A DNA stretch of 63,927 nucleotides, filler included, from Stramenopiles sp. TOSAG23-6 (lineage: Eukaryota), in NCBI GenBank assembly GCA_900128565.1. It is 10 parts of 10 records of this genome, joined end to end, with 100 filler letters (N's around TTAATTAATTAA, not from the genome) between each part and the next. Parts side by side here need not be neighbours in the genome. Positions count along the whole stretch, not along the records: positions 59,577 to 60,960 come from LT639134.1; positions 61,061 to 62,444 come from LT639135.1; positions 62,545 to 63,927 come from LT639136.1; 7 more parts are not named here. The stretch is one strand, 5' to 3'. Positions 60,307 to 63,927 of this stretch are shown one piece after another; position 1 is the stretch's first letter, and every line of letters begins with the position of its first letter. Both the position numbers and the translations under genes were made by a program. Below the pieces are notes generated by a model. It was not told the DNA's origin, ran no database searches, and was given only the letters and a program-made list of their open reading frames with translations.

Positions 60307-60384
60307 TCATGTATTTCTAGATAAGGGGGGAGCAAAGGTAGGGTGCGGCACGCCTTTGCTCCCCCCTTATCTAGAAATACATGA
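60307..60384. repeat. perfect 32-bp inverted repeat with 14-nt loop
   Basis: TCATGTATTTCTAGATAAGGGGGGAGCAAAGG / CCTTTGCTCCCCCCTTATCTAGAAATACATGA. Confidence 0.95.
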
Positions 60385-60829
60385 TAAGGATGAAGCATAT
60401 GAGGCACCCCAGAAGGGCGAGCACCTCTAGCTGGGAAAAACCGTAGGGCCGTAGGATGGCTTCTTCCAGTATGAAGAAGGCCAGGAGGGCGAGAAAAAAC
60501 ACCCGCCGCCTGTGGTCTAACGACCATCACCACCAGCTTCACCACCAGACGACATACACCACCCGCGCTACTACGATCAACCCCAACTCCAGGAGCCAAT
60601 ACCCGGCACGGGTTCTAAGACGGCCCAGGTAGGCCTTCATGTAGGCCACGCACGCTTTTAGTTTCTGACTAGGCGAGAGGCCCACAAGCTCTTTCTTTAT
60701 CGCGATCAAATAAACACATCCACCAACAAAAAGTACTAGTAAAGCAATCACACAGTGAGCCGGGTCCCTTGATTGGAGCGCATAAACAGCAACTAATACG
60801 CTTGCGAGGTAAAGGAGCGCTGTAAGCAT
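60371..60829 (-). CDS. nad6-like hydrophobic ORF (152 aa with UGA=Trp); only the N-terminus is nad6-like
   Basis: MLTALLYLASVLVAVYALQSRDPAHCVIALLVLF resembles Nad6 S.NPVHSVL.L; two in-frame TGA in a Trp-rich stretch. Confidence 0.5.
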
Positions 60830-61135
60830 ATAACGTAGGCGTAGTATTACGCCACCCAGGGCCAAACCCGAGCTCTGGGCGCACCCCAAACCTCAGGTTT
60901 GAAGACAACTGGCCTTAATTCTTTTAAGTCAGACCCCCAACGCAAGGTNGCGCGGACCACNNNNNNNNNNNNNNNNNNNNNNNNNNNNNNNNNNNNNNNN
61001 NNNNTTAATTAATTAANNNNNNNNNNNNNNNNNNNNNNNNNNNNNNNNNNNNNNNNNNNNTTAATTTTTTTTTTTTTTTGTAAAAAAATTTCGTACCTAA
61101 CGATTTTTTTTTTGAAATATTTTTTCACAATACTT

Positions 61136-62385
61136 TTAATCTACAACAAAAGAGAATTAATAAAGAACAATGGCAAAACTCACATACATTACTTCAAAAA
61201 GCCTCTATAGGAACATTGGCAAAAGTTCATCATATTTGCAGTACAATAGCCAGCATAATTCAACTAGATATACAACGTGAAATTCGATATTTACAAAGAG
61301 TAAAATCTAAAAGAAATAAAGAAATTCCGTCATTGGGTCATTGTGACATTGATAATAACTATAAAAGTATCGATACATTGAATGATTCAATACAGTTAAT
61401 CCATAATCAAGGAATGAAATATGTACAACTGATATCTAAGAAAATAAGTAAAGAAACTTCGAAAAGTCACCGAGGCAATATCTTAAAAAAAACTAAATCT
61501 CGTGCTGATTTGCTATTAGAACGCCGAAGTCCATTAAAAGTTAGAAAAAGAAGAAAAAAAAAACGACCAAGAAAAGATTTAAATGATTGTAAAACGGATC
61601 AAAAACGACCAAGAAAAGATTTAAATGATTGCAAGGATGACTCAGGCATTGACCTTTTCAAACGTCGCAAAACAAGAAAGGAAGAAATATCCAACAATGA
61701 TCAAAGTAAGAATAAAAATAAGAAAGAATCTTATTATGATGAAAATATTGAAAATGATGTGAAATTTGGATCACTTGGAGAAAATTCATCTGATAAAAGA
61801 ACATGTCCGTTTCAATGATAAATTTCAAATATTTTTTTTTTCGTACGAAATTCTGTACCTAACAAATTTATGTTTTTTTTTTCTAAAATATTTTTTCACA
61901 ATACATCAAACTCATCGAACTGTAAAGAATTTTCACCAACGAATGCTAGAATAGAAGAAATACAAAAAATACATCAATCTAATGTAACTAAAAGTGCTAT
62001 AAACACCCAAACACTTGCAATAAGTACAAGTACACTGTCATCTAGTAATCCTAACCCTAGGATAAATGTTATAGGAAATCAAATGAGCTCAATTATTCTT
62101 GAACCAAATGAAAACTCTACACTATCCAGTGATGTACAGAGTAAAAGACTCGATACCAAAACAAATGTATCGAATGATTATGTAAAAAATGGTACGAATC
62201 CTTCACTCCGTACATCACAAACAGAATCTGAAACCCAATCTAAAAATAACCCTAACCCTAACATGAAAAATACTACTGAAAAAGATCTTTTACGGTCTTG
62301 TATTCGAACCGAATTGAAACGTTTGTTACCTAAGCGTATCACTCTTGATTATGATTACTTTGAGCGTATATTTTGTGTAGCTCAT
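61136..62385 (+). CDS. hypothetical low-complexity protein (partial); exons 61136-61804, 61907-62385
   Basis: Frames join across GT-AT intron 61805-61906; flanked by elements at both contig ends. Confidence 0.65.
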
Positions 62386-62599
62386 GTACGTTTTCATTAT
62401 GAATTTCAAATTTATTTTTTTTTCATACGAAATTTTGTACCTAANNNNNNNNNNNNNNNNNNNNNNNNNNNNNNNNNNNNNNNNNNNNTTAATTAATTAA
62501 NNNNNNNNNNNNNNNNNNNNNNNNNNNNNNNNNNNNNNNNNNNNTCGTACGAAATTTTGTACCTAACGATTTTTTTTGAAATATTTTTCCAAAATACAT

Positions 62600-63875
62600 A
62601 ATCGACAGTTTGAAAGAAAGATTCCTGGAGAAGGTAGTTCTTTAGCGAATGCTGTGAAGCAATGTACTGTACGTTTTCATCATTCATCATTCAAATTTCA
62701 AATTTATATTTTTTGTAGTACATTTTGTACCTGACGATTTTGTTTTTTTGGTCAAAAAAAAAAAAATATTTTTATACAATATCTGAAGCTGCCCGTTCAA
62801 TATTTTTTGCAGAACTCACCCAAGTTGGTCAAAATGTCTTAGCTCAAAAACCACCATCCAGTCTTGGAGTTTCTACTGGCCTTTCTCATGTATTGGCTAA
62901 TCTTTCAGCTGTTTTAAAGGTGCATGTATGTTTTATTTTTTTTTTTAACAAAAAAATCGAAATGTTTTTCGTACGAAATGTTGTACCTAACGATTTTTCT
63001 TGAAATATTTTTCCAAAATACATTCTCGTTCACTTGTATTTGCTACAACTAATGATCGTATAGAGAGTTTCACAGATACACTAAGTGCTTTTGTAGAACC
63101 TTTGTTGCAATTGTATATTTTATTTTTTTTCAATTTCGAATGTATTGTTTTTTTTCATACGAAATTTCGTACCTAACAAATTTTACAAAAACAAAATATT
63201 TTTTTACAATATATGTGTCGAATGGGAAAGAAAAGTTTACAACCAACAGATTCTGCAATATATGCTATTAATAATATTTTAGCAATACAGAATGCTCTTG
63301 TACCTTATGATTTCACATCATTTTGGGTACAGAAATTAGCAGAAGAGGCGTCATCGTATGTCGACATTGTGGTTGATGAAGAATCAAGAAGTGTTTTAGA
63401 GAAATGTTCGTTTTCATCATTCATTTCAAATTATTTTTTCATACGAAATTTTGTACCTAAACAAAAAACAAAAAAGATTTTTTTTGTGACATCTTCGTTT
63501 TTTCATCATTCATTTCAAATTTCAAATTTCAAAATTATTTTTTTGTACCTTACTCCAAAGATTCCTTCTATGATTTCAAATAATATCATTTTTTTTGTTT
63601 GACGTTTAATAGACTAACAAAACAATCGATTGTGACATATTTTTTCAAAAACATGTGATATTTTCGAAAAATTACAATGTATTGAGTCTAAGGATAGAGA
63701 TATTCCACTGAGTACACTCCCTAGAATGAGTGCAAGTAATGTAAAAGATGCTGTACAAAAACTGTATTCTGCATTCATACAAAATTCACTACCTGAGTTT
63801 GATGGTATATTGAGTCCAAGGCTTCGTGGAATGGTACGAACCGGCTGTCAGGATGCTCTTGCAAGGGCTCATCAT
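62600..63875 (+). CDS. COG6: conserved oligomeric Golgi complex subunit 6, C-terminal part; exons 62600-62668, 62785-62925, 63024-63112, 63215-63405, 63655-63875
   Basis: Spliced: PPSSLGVS...VLKVHSRSLV...FTDTLSAFVEPLLQLCR...AIYAINNILAIQNALVPYDFT...LPEFDGILSPRLR; six element introns. Confidence 0.75.
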
Positions 63876-63927
63876 GTATGTTTTATTTTTTTTCAAATTC
63901 GATTTTTTTTCGTACGAAATTTTGTAC

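Larger units (their letters stand above)
59577..60960. other. GC-rich mitochondrial-type contig (genetic code 4)
   Basis: Abrupt GC increase, organellar tRNAs including Trp(UCA), nad6-like and atp9-like sequence, no introner elements. Confidence 0.8.

Overview
AT-rich nuclear DNA of a flagellated microbial eukaryote, probably a stramenopile-like single-cell or metagenome assembly (inference). It consists of 10 unrelated contigs joined by 100-nt N/TTAATTAATTAA/N linkers. Recognisable genes: CCDC33-like, VPS25, Myb+RAMA+JAMM (MYSM1/MPND-like), DIS3/RRP44, CAMTA, ATXR5/6-like SET, a giant IPT/TIG protein, IFT20, a DEAD-box helicase, a secreted LRR+putative Cys-peptidase, a Sel1 protein, NCA2, a 29-aa ankyrin-like array, CFAP20DC, a bacterial-type glutamate racemase, a TUTase-like nucleotidyltransferase and COG6. 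Main finding: about 35 copies of one ~90-110-nt repeated element interrupt the genes. The consensus is GTAYGTTTT...TTCGTACGAAATTTTGTACCTAAC...AAATATTTTTCACAATACAT. Inside coding regions the copies are co-oriented with the gene, and removing them exactly restores reading frames and conserved protein motifs. They behave as introner-like introns with a normal GT donor and branch-point-like CTAAC but a non-canonical AT acceptor (GT-AT; rarely GC-, -TT, -CT or -GT) instead of AG. One contig is an artefactual 10.7-kb fold-back centred on the element's palindrome. A GC-rich mitochondrial-type contig carries tRNA-Asn, tRNA-Trp(UCA), a nad6-like ORF and a broken atp9, with signs of RNA editing. Protein identities come from recognition of motifs, not from database searches.
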